DNA from: Geosiphon pyriformis uo1
Taxonomy: Eukaryota > Fungi > Glomeromycota
Length of the DNA: 64,000 nt
Direction of reading: 5' to 3'
Assembly: GCA_016748015.1 (NCBI GenBank)
Contig: JAAOMT010000295.1
Span: 868,001 to 932,000, forward strand
Both the position numbers and the translations under genes were made by a program. The notes under the pieces are model-generated. The model had not been told where the DNA came from. It saw nothing but the letters and a program-made list of their open reading frames with translations, and made no database searches. Of the stretch, positions 13,253-24,743 are shown piece by piece; position 1 is the stretch's first letter; each line of letters begins with the position of its first letter.

Positions 13253-13649
13253 TGTAGTTCTGACTGGCCTGAGTGGCTGGTCACGTGTAGAAAGCACATG
13301 ATTCACTCCTAGTTTAGATCATTTGTATGATATATGACACTAGGTCACATTTGGATCTCATTTGTTAAATAAATAAATAAAAAAAATATATATTTGATAT
13401 AATTTTTTAGTTATTATTAAAACACAGATTTATTGATATTTTTTTTATTAATATATTATATTATAACTATTTTTTTGAAAATATAATCTTATTTTTAAAG
13501 AGTATACAAAGTTTTTTTAGTATAATAAAAGTTTTTTATTGTAAGTTCTAAATTAATTATTTGGCTTTAAAAATTAAGATAAAAATCATATTTATTAATT
13601 AATAATGTTATTTTAACAAGTTTTTAAGAAAATAAGTAAAAATTATAAT

Positions 13650-16147
13650 ATTCTTTGTTTTCTTAATTTTATGATTACAACCAAAGCAAAAAATAAAAAA
13701 GCTATAACTGGTACTTTTTTTTGGTATTTTATAAAGTTTTAACCAAAGAAGTTTTCTCTGTTATAAAAACAATTAAACAGAATGTTTTAAAAGCTTTTTT
13801 CTTAATTAATAATAATAAAAAGCTGTTTTTAGTAGTTATTAAAGCATTTTTCTTATCTTTGATTGGTTTTTTACCAGTCAAAGTTTTTTCAAAGAAACAT
13901 ATTTGAGTTAGTTTTAGTGTTGTCTCTATCTCTTTAAAAAGCCCAAAAATTTTTAATAACAAATTAGTTAACAAACTGGTTTTTTCTTTTATAATTTCTA
14001 TATTAAATGTTATTAGTATTTTTTCTTTAAAAAAATAGTCAAAAAGACTAAAAATTCAAAAAAGTGAAACCAATTATTCATTTTTGTTATTGTTATACCG
14101 AATTTTTTTGTGGTTTCTAATAAGATCTTAGATGAAATCTCTATTGTATTATTTAACACATTATTTAAAATAGGCCAAGATTAATTATTGATTATATTGT
14201 CAAATATGATTTTCTTTAGCAAATTATTATTGGTTTTAGAAACAAAACAATTATCTTCTGTGAAGTTATCTGTTTTTAAAAACTAAACTGATTATATAGA
14301 AACTGAATTATTTTATCTATTGGTTTCTAGTGTTGTTATTGATAATACTTGGGAAATTATTACTAATTGTTAAAAATTTGCTGAATAGATGGCCTTTATT
14401 CTAATGTTTGTGTTATTTTTAAGATTAAATTGGCTTATGTTAAGGCTGTTTTTCAATCTGTACATAATTTTTTGAGTGTAAAGTTAGTGTTAAAGAACAA
14501 TATAAAGCTTTTTTATGTAATGTTTGTTTTTCAAGTATTTTTGAAAGCTGTTTTTTTGGTTAAACTTACAAGCTTTGTTTATTTGGCCACTCTTAAAATT
14601 GCCAAGTTTTTGCTAAATAGATGGCCTTTATTCTAGTGTTTGTGTTACTTTTAAGATTAAATTGGCTTATGTTAAGGCTGTTTTTCAATCTGTACATAAT
14701 TTTTTGAGTGTAAAGTTAGTGTTAAAGAACAATGTAAAGCTTTTTTATGTAAAGTTTGTTTTTCAAGTATTTTTGGAAGCTGTTTTTTTTATTAAACTTA
14801 CAAGCTTTGTTTATTTAGCCACTCTTAAAATTGCCAAGTTTTTGCTAATTTCTGAATTTGGTTTTCTTTCTGCTACTGTTGTACTACATAATATGTCTTT
14901 AGATATGTCTGTTGCTAACATTAAGACAGCTTTTAATGTGTTTGGTGAAGTTGTTTGTATTGTACTAAAGCCTGTTAGTGTTTAATAATATGTGGTTGTT
15001 TACTTAAATAAACTGAACTTTGCTGTGTTTGCTTTAAATTATTGATCATTTTTGGTGAATAAAGATAGTATTAAGATTTTTTTTTTAATAAATTAAAATA
15101 AAATTATTCTGTTTTATGATAAATTTAAGACTAAGTTGGTTAATTTTCTTTCTGGTTATACTGTTTTTGAAATTAATAATAGAATTTTTCAGATTGGTGG
15201 TTAAATATGTTTTATTTTTTATTTTTCTGATTTTGGTCATTGTTTTTGGTTTGTTTTAATTATATTTAGATCTTAAATTGATTTGGATATTGTAATTTTC
15301 AAGACTAGTATACTAAAAAAGTGCTATATTTGGTGGGAAACTTCTGGTTATTAACACTGTTTTAGATGTTAAGAAATAGGCCATTTGATTGTAAACTATA
15401 AAGTTTTTCTGTCTTTTCTTTTCAAAACTTTCAAGATATTCAAATTACGATTTGTGAATAATGTTTTTTATACTAAGACATCTGTTTTTCTGGGTTTTTT
15501 TTTTATGGCTTTTTTTTTTTTTGTGGTTGTTAATAATTCTTTGATTTTCTTTTAGCTGACATTGGAATTCAATTTAATTAAGTTGTCAACTTTGGTTAAT
15601 TCAATTATTAAGCCTATTAATGTGTTGATTACTGTGTTTAAACAGTTTGTCCAAGATAATTTTGTATTAAACAGTATTCTTGGTCTTAAAGTTAATAAAG
15701 TTTTAGTGTATATAAATATTTTTAGCAAAACTATAAGTAAATAGTATAAAATATAATTGTCCTAAAAGATAAATGTAGTTATAAAAATATTAACATGTTT
15801 GGTTTTTATGTAAGTTTGTTTGTCATTAATAATGATATGTTTTCTAATTTATTGTTACTTTGAAAACATAAACCAATTAATATTAAATCTGATGTCTTTA
15901 AAACAGCTAACTGGTTGGTAAAGTTAATTTTTAATAGTATTATATTGTTTAAAATTGTTCAAAAAATGTCTTCTTTGAATAAGTTTTTTTTAAAACTTCA
16001 GCATAGTGTGTTTTTAATTGGTTTAAATAACTAGTTACATATAAAAAAAGTGTGAATTATATTTAGCTAAGACTTTTAGTTTTGGTTCTATATACTAAAT
16101 AGCAATTAAACTGTACTTATTAAACTTTAATAATAATAATAAAAAAA
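13650..16147 (+). mobile_element. H2: complete but heavily C>T/G>A-mutated ORF1-only element with 3' UTR and A-tail
   Basis: Colinear with H1 from the start region (attttatgat at ~13666) onward. Stop TAG at 16004-16006, LINE-like 3' UTR and (TAA)n-A tail. No ORF2 sequence is present. Confidence 0.82.
14379..14848 (+). repeat. 232-bp tandem duplication inside H2
   Basis: ORFs at 14430 and 14662 both begin AYVKAVFQSVHNFLSVKLVLKNN. The junction lies at a tttgct microhomology. Confidence 0.9.
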
Positions 16148-16957
16148 TATTGTTATATTATACCTAATTAAATTATATATTAATTAATTAAAAGCATATA
16201 TTCTAATTAAAAATAATTAAAATTAAATACATAAAACATTTTACAATATTCAAAAATATTTTTTATATAGTAAAATTTTTTGTTTAAATCTCTATTAATT
16301 AAAAAAATTCAAATAAATTTAATTTAGTTATTAATTTTTAATATTTATCAAAGTAAATATCTTATATTAACAAATTTAAATTATTTATATAAGTAATAAA
16401 ACTTGTACTAACTTTATTATAGATAAATAAAAATTAATAGTTGATTATTATAAAAGATATTATTTATATTACTTGAATTTATTAGCAAATAAACTAACTT
16501 TTATTATATATTAATTAGAAAATTATAATCTGGTAATATAACTAGCTTTTAAAAAATTTACATAATTTAAAAAATTTTTTCAATTGCAAAAATACCAAAA
16601 AAAATCTTGGCTTTATTATTTTGTAAAATAATTACAGATTAAATAATATTACTTGTATAAAAAACAGAAAATAATAATAATATAAAATAGTTAATAGCAA
16701 AATAAAAGATTATTAGAAGATATAATATCAAAAATTTTAAAAATTTTAAAAATACCAGCAGAAATACCAAAAATTCTAGTAATAACTCAAAGATTTTTAG
16801 AAATTTTAGAAATCACATATTATAAAAATTTATATATATATAACAGAAATAATAAAAACCAAAAAAAATAAATATTTAAAAACCAAACAAGTTTATTTTA
16901 AGATTGATTTAATTTATTATTATTATTTTTATTAAATTATAACCAATTTAATAAAAA

Positions 16958-17150
16958 AATAAATATATATTATATTATTATAAAAGAAAAAAAAAAGAAA
17001 TTCAAAATTTTATGTCTTATATAATTTTATATAACATGTGATTTTGGATTTTTATTAACTAATTAGAATATAAAAATATTAAAATCTTATAACTTTAAAT
17101 AATATATAATTTATTAATCAATTAGAATATAAAAATACAGTTTAATTTAT
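16958..17150. repeat. ~180-bp AT-rich dispersed repeat, copy 2
   Basis: Aligns with 5888-6068. Confidence 0.65.
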
Positions 17151-18039
17151 AATATATAAATTGAACTTTTAGTATACTAAATTTACTGTATTTATTATAT
17201 AACCATATTTAAATACATTGTAAAATCTCTAATGTTACTTTGTAAAAGTTTTATAAAATATAAAACTTATTGTATTGTAATATAATTAAAAAAGTTTATA
17301 TATTAAAAAATTTTAACAATAAATAAAATCAAAAATACAATATTAAAAATATAATAGATTAAAAAATAAAAGATACAAATAAAAGATAACATGCTAAATC
17401 AAAAAATAAAAAACATATTAAATTAAATACAAATTCATGATTATTTTTATATAAATAAAACAATACAATAAGTTAAGATGTTTAAGCTAATATATTTTTA
17501 TAATAATTTTAATTATAAGTTTAATTATATTATATTATATATTTATAATACATGTATTTATAATTGTATATTATGTATAGCATATTATTATTATAAAATA
17601 TTTAATTGTGTATTTTATCAAAAAAAAGAAAGGGATAATTTTATAATAATTAATAATAATATGATATATGTTTAGTTTCTAAATATATTAATTAATTATA
17701 TTCAAACTAATTAATTCATAAATTCAGACTTATCTTGTTAAAAATCTTAATACTGCTTATATTAATGTTATTAATATTAATTATATTAATTTAACAATAT
17801 TGAAACAATAGTTTTTAATTATGACTATTAACAAATACTAATTTTAATTTTATTTATTTATTTATTTTTTGTTTGTTTTTTTTGTTTTATTAATTAATTA
17901 AAAAAAAAGTGCTAAAATTATAACATCAAAAATTGCTTAATAAAAAACACCAAAAAAAAGCATAAACATAAACATAAAAATTAAAATTGTTTATTAGAAG
18001 AGTATAAATACCAAAATAAACCAATATTATTGATTGAGA

Positions 18040-21000
18040 ATTAAATAAAAATTAACATAAAATTACTCTTATAAATTCCTATTATTTACTATTATATATT
18101 AATTATATCACATTTTTTATTAATTATTTTTTATTATTTTATGAAACTATTGATTATTTAAATTATATAAAATAGACAAATATAACTAAAATTTAATGAT
18201 TAACATATAATACTCCGAACTTTATAACAGTAAAAATTGGCTGAAATATGCAAATTTACGAATTTTACAATAATTTACTGAAATATAAAAAAATTTGATA
18301 AAATTTATAATTAGTTTTAAGAAATTTATAGAAATAAATAAAAAAAATGCTAAAATTGAGTATATATAACTTAAAAATATATAAAAAAAGAGCTTTTTTC
18401 TTTTAAAAAATATAGTTTAATATTTAATAGTTTTAAAATTAGATAATAAGTTATAAATTAAACAAAAATAAAAATATTCTTTTAAAATTTTATAACATTC
18501 GAAACTAATATCTTAAAATTGACTAGTTACTAATTTTAATAATTTATTTAGTTTTTTATTTAGACTTAAGGAGAATTTATGCAACAAATTTATTTCTAAT
18601 TATTATAAAAACTGTATTTTCTATTTTTCTATTTTTTGTAATTTATTATGAATTATTAAAAACTTATAGTTAGCAAAATACTATAAAAAAATTGACTTTT
18701 ATAGCAAAATAACTATATAATTTATTAAAAAAGTTCATAGTAGAGAGATTTCTACAAAAAAGTTAATTTTTAATACAAAATAATTACAGAAAATAATTGG
18801 CATAAAATTGGTTATTATATTATAAGCCTAATAATATAAATAGTTTCTAAAATATAAGGAATACTTTAAAAAAAATTTATTAGCTTATTAGAAATCTAAC
18901 AATTTAAATTACAATTATATCAACTTAATAACAATAAAGAAAAAAAGAAAAATCTTTAATAATACTAATTATCAAACCAAAAAAAACATATAATAAATAT
19001 TAACTATAATTACATTAAATTTTTGTTTATTATACAAAAAACTTTCAACAAAATTTTTAAAAAAATTTTTAGATTACAACATTACCAACTTGAATACTAA
19101 GTTATAAAATTATCAATTTATCCAAAAAATTTATTTGTAATATTTAGTGCTTTTTGTAAAGTATAATTTACAGAAAACAAAGCATTAATTAACAACAATC
19201 AATAAAAGTAGCAGAATTAGAATTTACAAAAACCAATCATTTAAAATTTATAAAATTATTATACAAATATTTTCAGAAAAATTTAGAATTAAGTTTTAAT
19301 TATTTTTTAACAAAATTCATATTTAATTTTTATATTAATAAAAGAATCAAATACAGTATCAAAAAATTAATTAACATAAAAACTACAAAAATTAATTTTT
19401 ACAAAACTATTAAAAAACATTTAATTATTATTAATTATATAATTTTACAACTATATTTATAAAAATTTATTTAGTAATCTATAAATATATCAAAAAAATT
19501 TTCTATTTATCACAGAAAATTTTTATTCTAGTTTAATAATACAAACTTTAACTATAATACTTTTTTTTTATTAAAGAATTTAACAAGCAAAGCCCAATCA
19601 CTATTTAGTACATAGAGCCAAATTAAAAGGCTCAAACTAAACGTGACTCATGTACTTATTACATATGACTAGCCATTCAGACCAGTTAAGGCAACACTAC
19701 ACACCTATAATAACCTGTACATTACCCTCCAAACCAGAAAAGAAACTACATGGCTTCTGATGACCAAAGCTAATAGCAAAAAACTCAGCCATACTGAGCA
19801 ACCTAACAACACCATCAGAAAACAAAGAAAACACACCATGAAAAAGCCCAGAAACAACACCACCATCCTGAACCAAACCAGCCTTCTCCATTACCACCCA
19901 ATGGCTAGATCTTACCAATTACACTCTAGCATGATGCAACTTTACAATAAATCTTACAAAATCAACAATCCGAGCAACAGCCAATTTTTGGTCATAACTA
20001 CACAACAAGCCTTTTTATGCCACTCATCTAGCACAAACCCCTTGCAGACCAAAGCATACAACCCAACATTGATGGAACATTGAGATAGAACCCACAACAC
20101 AGCAGACAAAGAACAATCAAAAACACTAGCCAAAGCAGACCAACAAACAGAAGCCTCAGCCAAGATCTCATTGTAAATGTTAGACTCATGAACACAAGTA
20201 AAAGCATGATCAGAAAACCTCACACTACCACACAGCAGACACAGCACACCAGAGTAACATCTATTATACAGCCTCTTCCTGACTGCTACCAGTAATCTTC
20301 TGTGTACAGCTTTCATCATATAAAAGCGGAGTGTTGAAGACTTGCGACTAGTGAAACCAGTGAGCATATAAGAATCAGAATGTCACACTCTTGCAGTAGC
20401 AACCCAATCCACACAACCAACCATCACATCTGGAACCAAATTGCAGTTAGAGCCAGCTTCTCAGACAAAATGACAGGCATTACCAGAAACAGCAGTACCC
20501 TCAGCAACCAGAAAATGTTCATGCACATTGGCTAACAGTGAAAAGGGAGACTTAGAAGCAGCCCTAGCAGCCAAGTTGGCTATTACATTACCAAGAATTC
20601 CAGAATGGCCTTTAACTTTAGCCCAACTTACATTAAAATCCTTATTCCTGACCAAATTAAAAATATGACACCTCTCAAGCCAGCATTGATTATGGAAATC
20701 AGGAGTAGCAAGAAACATCTCAGATACACATGTGTCAATAGCAGCCTAACTGTCAAAATACAACACCACAGTACTAGAAGAAGGGACATATTCCAAAGAC
20801 AAAGCAACAGCCTGTAATTCGGCCATAGTACTATAATACACAAATAAATAGTTTTATTATTGTAAAAAAAAAACTTTGAATTATTTTATCTTTAAAGTTA
20901 TTATATTATTATATACTTAATAATATTATTTAGATTTTACTAAGAACTATATCCATATTTACAACCAAGCCAAAACTTATTTTTTAAAGTTGTCTTAAAA

Positions 21001-21467
21001 ACAGTTACTTATTAAAAAAATACAAAAAATTTTTTGAAGAATTTTAATTAAAATTAATTATACTAATATTATTATAATTATTATTATTAAAACTTAATTT
21101 TAGTTTTTAAAAAAATACTAAAAAAAAAATCAAGATTAAAAAACAATCTGAAAAATTTAATTATAAACTCTATTATATCTTAAACTTCAATAATTCAAAC
21201 TTTAGAATTTATTCAAAACTTAATAAATCTATTATTAGTATTATTTATTTATTTAGTATTACTAATATACTTACTTTTTTATTAACTTTATTTTTGATTT
21301 ATGCACTAATTATTAAATTAAAAAAATTTACTGATAAAAAAATAACATTTAAATATAGCTAAACAATATAAAAAAAAGTATTATTACCAACAATTAAGAT
21401 TATGTTAAAGTTTTTCAAACAATCTTATATTTTTTTTAAGATATAAATAACTTATAATATTAGAATC
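18040..21467 (+). mobile_element. D: ghost of an A-related LTR retrotransposon (5' LTR, PBS, start of gag), interrupted by L2
   Basis: Decayed matches to LTR-A in the correct order: attcctatta (18076), tactccgaact (18211), tataaaaaaagagcttttttc (~18380) and the hairpin module (18660-18830). LTR end gtaata at ~19142, PBS-like tagtgctttttgtaaag (19145-19161), then an open frame KVAELEFTKTNHLKF from ~19205. The extent beyond 20840 is uncertain. Confidence 0.55.
19561..20829 (-). mobile_element. L2: 5'-truncated LINE (RNase H C-half, zinc finger, 3' UTR, poly(A)) with 10-bp TSD
   Basis: Motifs AELQAVAL, KVKGHSG and CLLCG..HAFTC; C-terminus FFSGLEGNVQVIIGV*. TSD ACTATAATAC at 19551-19560 and 20830-20839. 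Confidence 0.9.
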
Positions 21468-22471
21468 TTATTATTATTTTTTTATTGATACAATTTAACA
21501 AGTAAAGCCCAATCACTATTTAGCATACAAAATCAGACTAAGTAATCTAGATTAAATAGAACTTATGCATTTACTACATATGGCCAGCCACTCGGGCCAA
21601 ATAAAGCAACACTACACATCCACAAAAATTTTTACACTGCTAATCAAGCCTGAAAAAAAAAAGCACAGCCTATATTTGCCAAAATTAACCACTGTTATTA
21701 GAAGTTTTTGGTCTCTTTTCTTAAATGTTATTAATGTTTATTTGTTGCTAATTTCACGTTTTCTAAAAGCAGTTGAATCTTCAATAACTGAATTTATCTT
21801 CAAATTATCTTCTATAATTTGAACTGCTGGACTTATAAGTGGAATAACCAATTTTGTGCCAGTTACTTTGTGTAGTTACATTGTAGTAAACATCAACTCT
21901 TTCTTAAGAATTGCTCATCTGAAAGCTCACCAAAAATGTGTAGTTACTTTGCTGTGAAAGTCAACTTTTCTACAGAAATTTTATCTGTAAACTACCTTAA
22001 TAATTATAATAAAAAAAGTAAAAGAAATTAAAAGAAATATAAAAAAAATAGAATTGTGTTAAGAGAAATGTTTTTTATCTAGGCCTGAAGTCACTAACAG
22101 ATTACTGAAATTGGTAGCTAATCAATTTCAAAATGTTAGTTGTGTTAAGGGAATTTCAAGTATAATAATTTAAGAAATTTGATTTTTAATTATTTAATTT
22201 TTATTTGAAATGTGTAAAAGTAATTTGTTCTAATTAAGATATCTAAAGTAAGATAGTATGATAAGATATTATAAAAAAATACATTTTTTTGAAAAGAAAA
22301 GCTTTTTTTTATACAACTTGTTGTAAAACTAGTTTTTGAATTTGCACTTTTCTCTTTGCTCTAATTTCAGTAAACTAAAGATACTGTTATGATTGAGACC
22401 TATACTTCTTATTAATTATCACATGTATTAGCCACTAATGTCATATGATTAGCCATATTATTTTTAGAAAG

Positions 22472-22579
22472 TGATCATTGACCTGATCAATAACTTGACC
22501 ATTGACCTGACTGTTGATCTGATCAATGACCTGATCATTGATCTGATCATTGACCTGATCATTGATCTAATTATTGACC
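22472..22579 (+). repeat. 12-bp tandem array (TGATCATTGACC) near the 5' end (U3) of LTR-B
   Basis: 9 units here, 5 units at 29509-29568 and 6 units in each B2 LTR. Confidence 0.9.
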
Positions 22580-23108
22580 ACTTTTGATAGCTATATAAGT
22601 GATAAATCTTTTAGCTATAGAAAAGCATGTAATAACAAGCATCTAAATAATCAAGAATAAATAAAATAACAACTTTCATCTCAATCCTTCTCTTATCGCT
22701 AATTTCCCTTTCCTTACCTTCAAGTATCTGAACATCTTAAAGATAAAAGATTGGTCTTTTCCTGACATATATAATTGTAGCATTTGAAGATTATTTGAAT
22801 AAATGTAACTAAAAAGCACAAGTTGATATCTGATATTAAATTCTAAGAGCACCGACGTGAGACATAGAATTATACCAGTGGTGATCAATTGTTGACAATA
22901 CAGACTATCTCTCTACCTTCAGATTCCCCAGTTACCTTTGAAAAAAATAGCGACTGAGATATTTTATGAGACTGATCTCGCACATTAAATCCATACTCAT
23001 TCAATTCACTCTTTAAAGTTGAATTCCCCTTTGATTATTTTAATCACTCTACAATCCTGTTTTCTCTTACTATCCGTTAGCTTGTTACTCCAACCCATAA
23101 CATAAAAG

Positions 23109-23125
23109 TGGTGTTCTCTGTGAGG
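23109..23125 (+). promoter_or_regulatory. Primer-binding site of family B (consensus TGGTGCTCCCTGTGAGG; elongator tRNA-Met-like)
   Basis: TGG starts after a 6-nt spacer behind the LTR end, with a less decayed copy at 58195-58211 (-). The tRNA identity is inferred from similarity to eukaryotic elongator tRNA-Met 3' ends. Confidence 0.7.
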
Positions 23126-23154
23126 TTGTCAAAATTCACTTATTTCCTTATTGT

Positions 23155-24705
23155 ATGGGTAATTATTTATACTTGTCACAGCAATCAGAAGAACACTTTG
23201 CAGCACACAACAGAAATGACTTAGAGTTTATTGAACTCAATCCTCTGCCTTTCTGCTTGATCTGTTTTTCTGTTGAAGAACAATCCAGTAGACAATTCCA
23301 AAACTTTTGGAACTGGTTCTTGAATGAACATTCAGCTAAAACCTACACAGCTTATACTATCTATTACTTTGATCAAGCTTATTTTGAAGACAATTTTGAA
23401 GAAAGAAATACCAGCATCAATCAGCTCTTATACTCCACAATCTTTGAACAACAGCCTCCTGATTTCGAATATCTGAATCACCAAATCCATATTTGGATTG
23501 CTGGTCACCAACTAGCTAAAAACCCCTTTAAAACAGAAGAAAAAAGTTACCAAACTGCCCCTATTTTTGATATTTTCTCAAGTGAATCAGAGCACTTCAC
23601 ACAAACAATAACTCCTGAACCAATGGCCCAAGATCCAATACAAGCAAACATCCTGGCTGCCCTTCAAGGTATACAAACTGCCTTGGGACGAAAAAACAAC
23701 ACTCCACTATCATTATTCAGAGGCAATGCACAAGATCCAATTGAATAGTTGAATGACTTTGAAAGAGCTGCTACAGCCAACCAATACGATGATGAGTACA
23801 AGTTTCAAATTGTTGGTGGCTATTTCCAAGACTCTCTTGCTATCTGGTTCTCACAGGAAACTAATGTTAATGCCCATCAAAGAATCATTAGATGGATGTC
23901 AGCAAATGCTGGAAAAAACAACACCTTTTTTACAACCTGGTTTGAAAACAAGTTCAGAACCCCAATCTTGATATCCAAGTGGCGCATAGAATTAGAAAAA
24001 AGAATTCAAGGCCCTGATGAAATTGTAACTGAATATGCTAAAGCAATCAGAAAGTTAATCAAGCATGTAGACTCTGGAAGAAATTGGACAGAAGAACAAA
24101 AGATTCATTCCTTCACAAAAAGATTAAGAACCAATTTATCTTATGCTCTTTGGCCTCTTTTGGCTCTGAAAGACAATCCTACAATGGACATGGTCATTGA
24201 ACTTGCCCAACAAATTAAAAACAACCAAAGAATATATTTGGGATCTACACTTCCAGTTTTTGCTTCTGCTCTTGTCATGGCTTTTGCCCCTTAAATGGCT
24301 ACTGCCTCTTTTGCTGCCCAAACTCAAGATACAAATGAACAATTAATTGATAAATTCACAGCCAATCTTGCCCAGTTATTAGAACTTTTGGCACAAGCAG
24401 TTAGAGATAACCAACAACCACAAAGACCCAAATATAAACCACGTTTTAATCAGTCCCAGCAACCTTCTTATCATAGACAGCAAAATTGTGGTCCTTCTAT
24501 ATGTTATAGATGTGGATTAACTGAATATTTCTTAAGAAATTGCAACAATCCTCCTTTATCTCCTCCAGTTTCCAGAAATAATAACAATTAAAACAATAGA
24601 CCCATCAACAATAATGCTCCCAATCAAAGACCCAACTATGCCAACATCAATTTCTTTGGAGAAGATCCTCTAGTTGAAGCCACTGTTTATCAGCCTTTAA
24701 ACTAG
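23155..24705 (+). pseudogene. B1 Gag (N-terminal extension, capsid, CCHC knuckle)
   Basis: One frame with isolated stops. Motifs FRGNAQDPIE.LNDFERAA, QGPDEIVTEY and CYRCGLTEYFLRNC. Confidence 0.85.
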
Positions 24706-24743
24706 TAGGTGCACCTCTAAAGGGTAAGAGTACAAGCCAACCA
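24696..24743 (+). promoter_or_regulatory. -1 programmed ribosomal frameshift signal (T TTA AAC + stem-loop) at the gag/pol junction of family B
   Basis: The heptamer at 24696-24702 is in the correct phase just before the gag stop, and the -1 frame is open into the PR-containing ORF. The same site is in B2 at 56617-56623 (-). Confidence 0.8.

Larger units (their letters stand above)
6570..13387 (+). mobile_element. L1: full-length non-LTR retrotransposon (ORF1 + APE-RT-RNase H-CCHC ORF2), inactivated
   Basis: Two long interrupted ORFs, a 3' UTR at 13253-13366 and a (TAAA)n-A tail to 13387. The 5' end is approximate and no TSD was found. Confidence 0.9.

Noticed and set aside
6746-13299. Numerous antisense and alternate-frame ORFs over the LINE (and likewise over the LTR elements)
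   Set aside because: These are shadow frames of compositionally skewed coding sequence with no independent motifs.
17478-17675. 65-aa ORF in the AT desert
   Set aside because: Its Y/N/I/K-rich composition is typical of chance ORFs in near-pure A/T DNA.
22472-22579. CRISPR-like array (also 44282-44392)
   Set aside because: The units are 12-20 bp with no 25-45 bp unique spacers, lie inside LTRs of a eukaryotic locus, and no cas genes are present.
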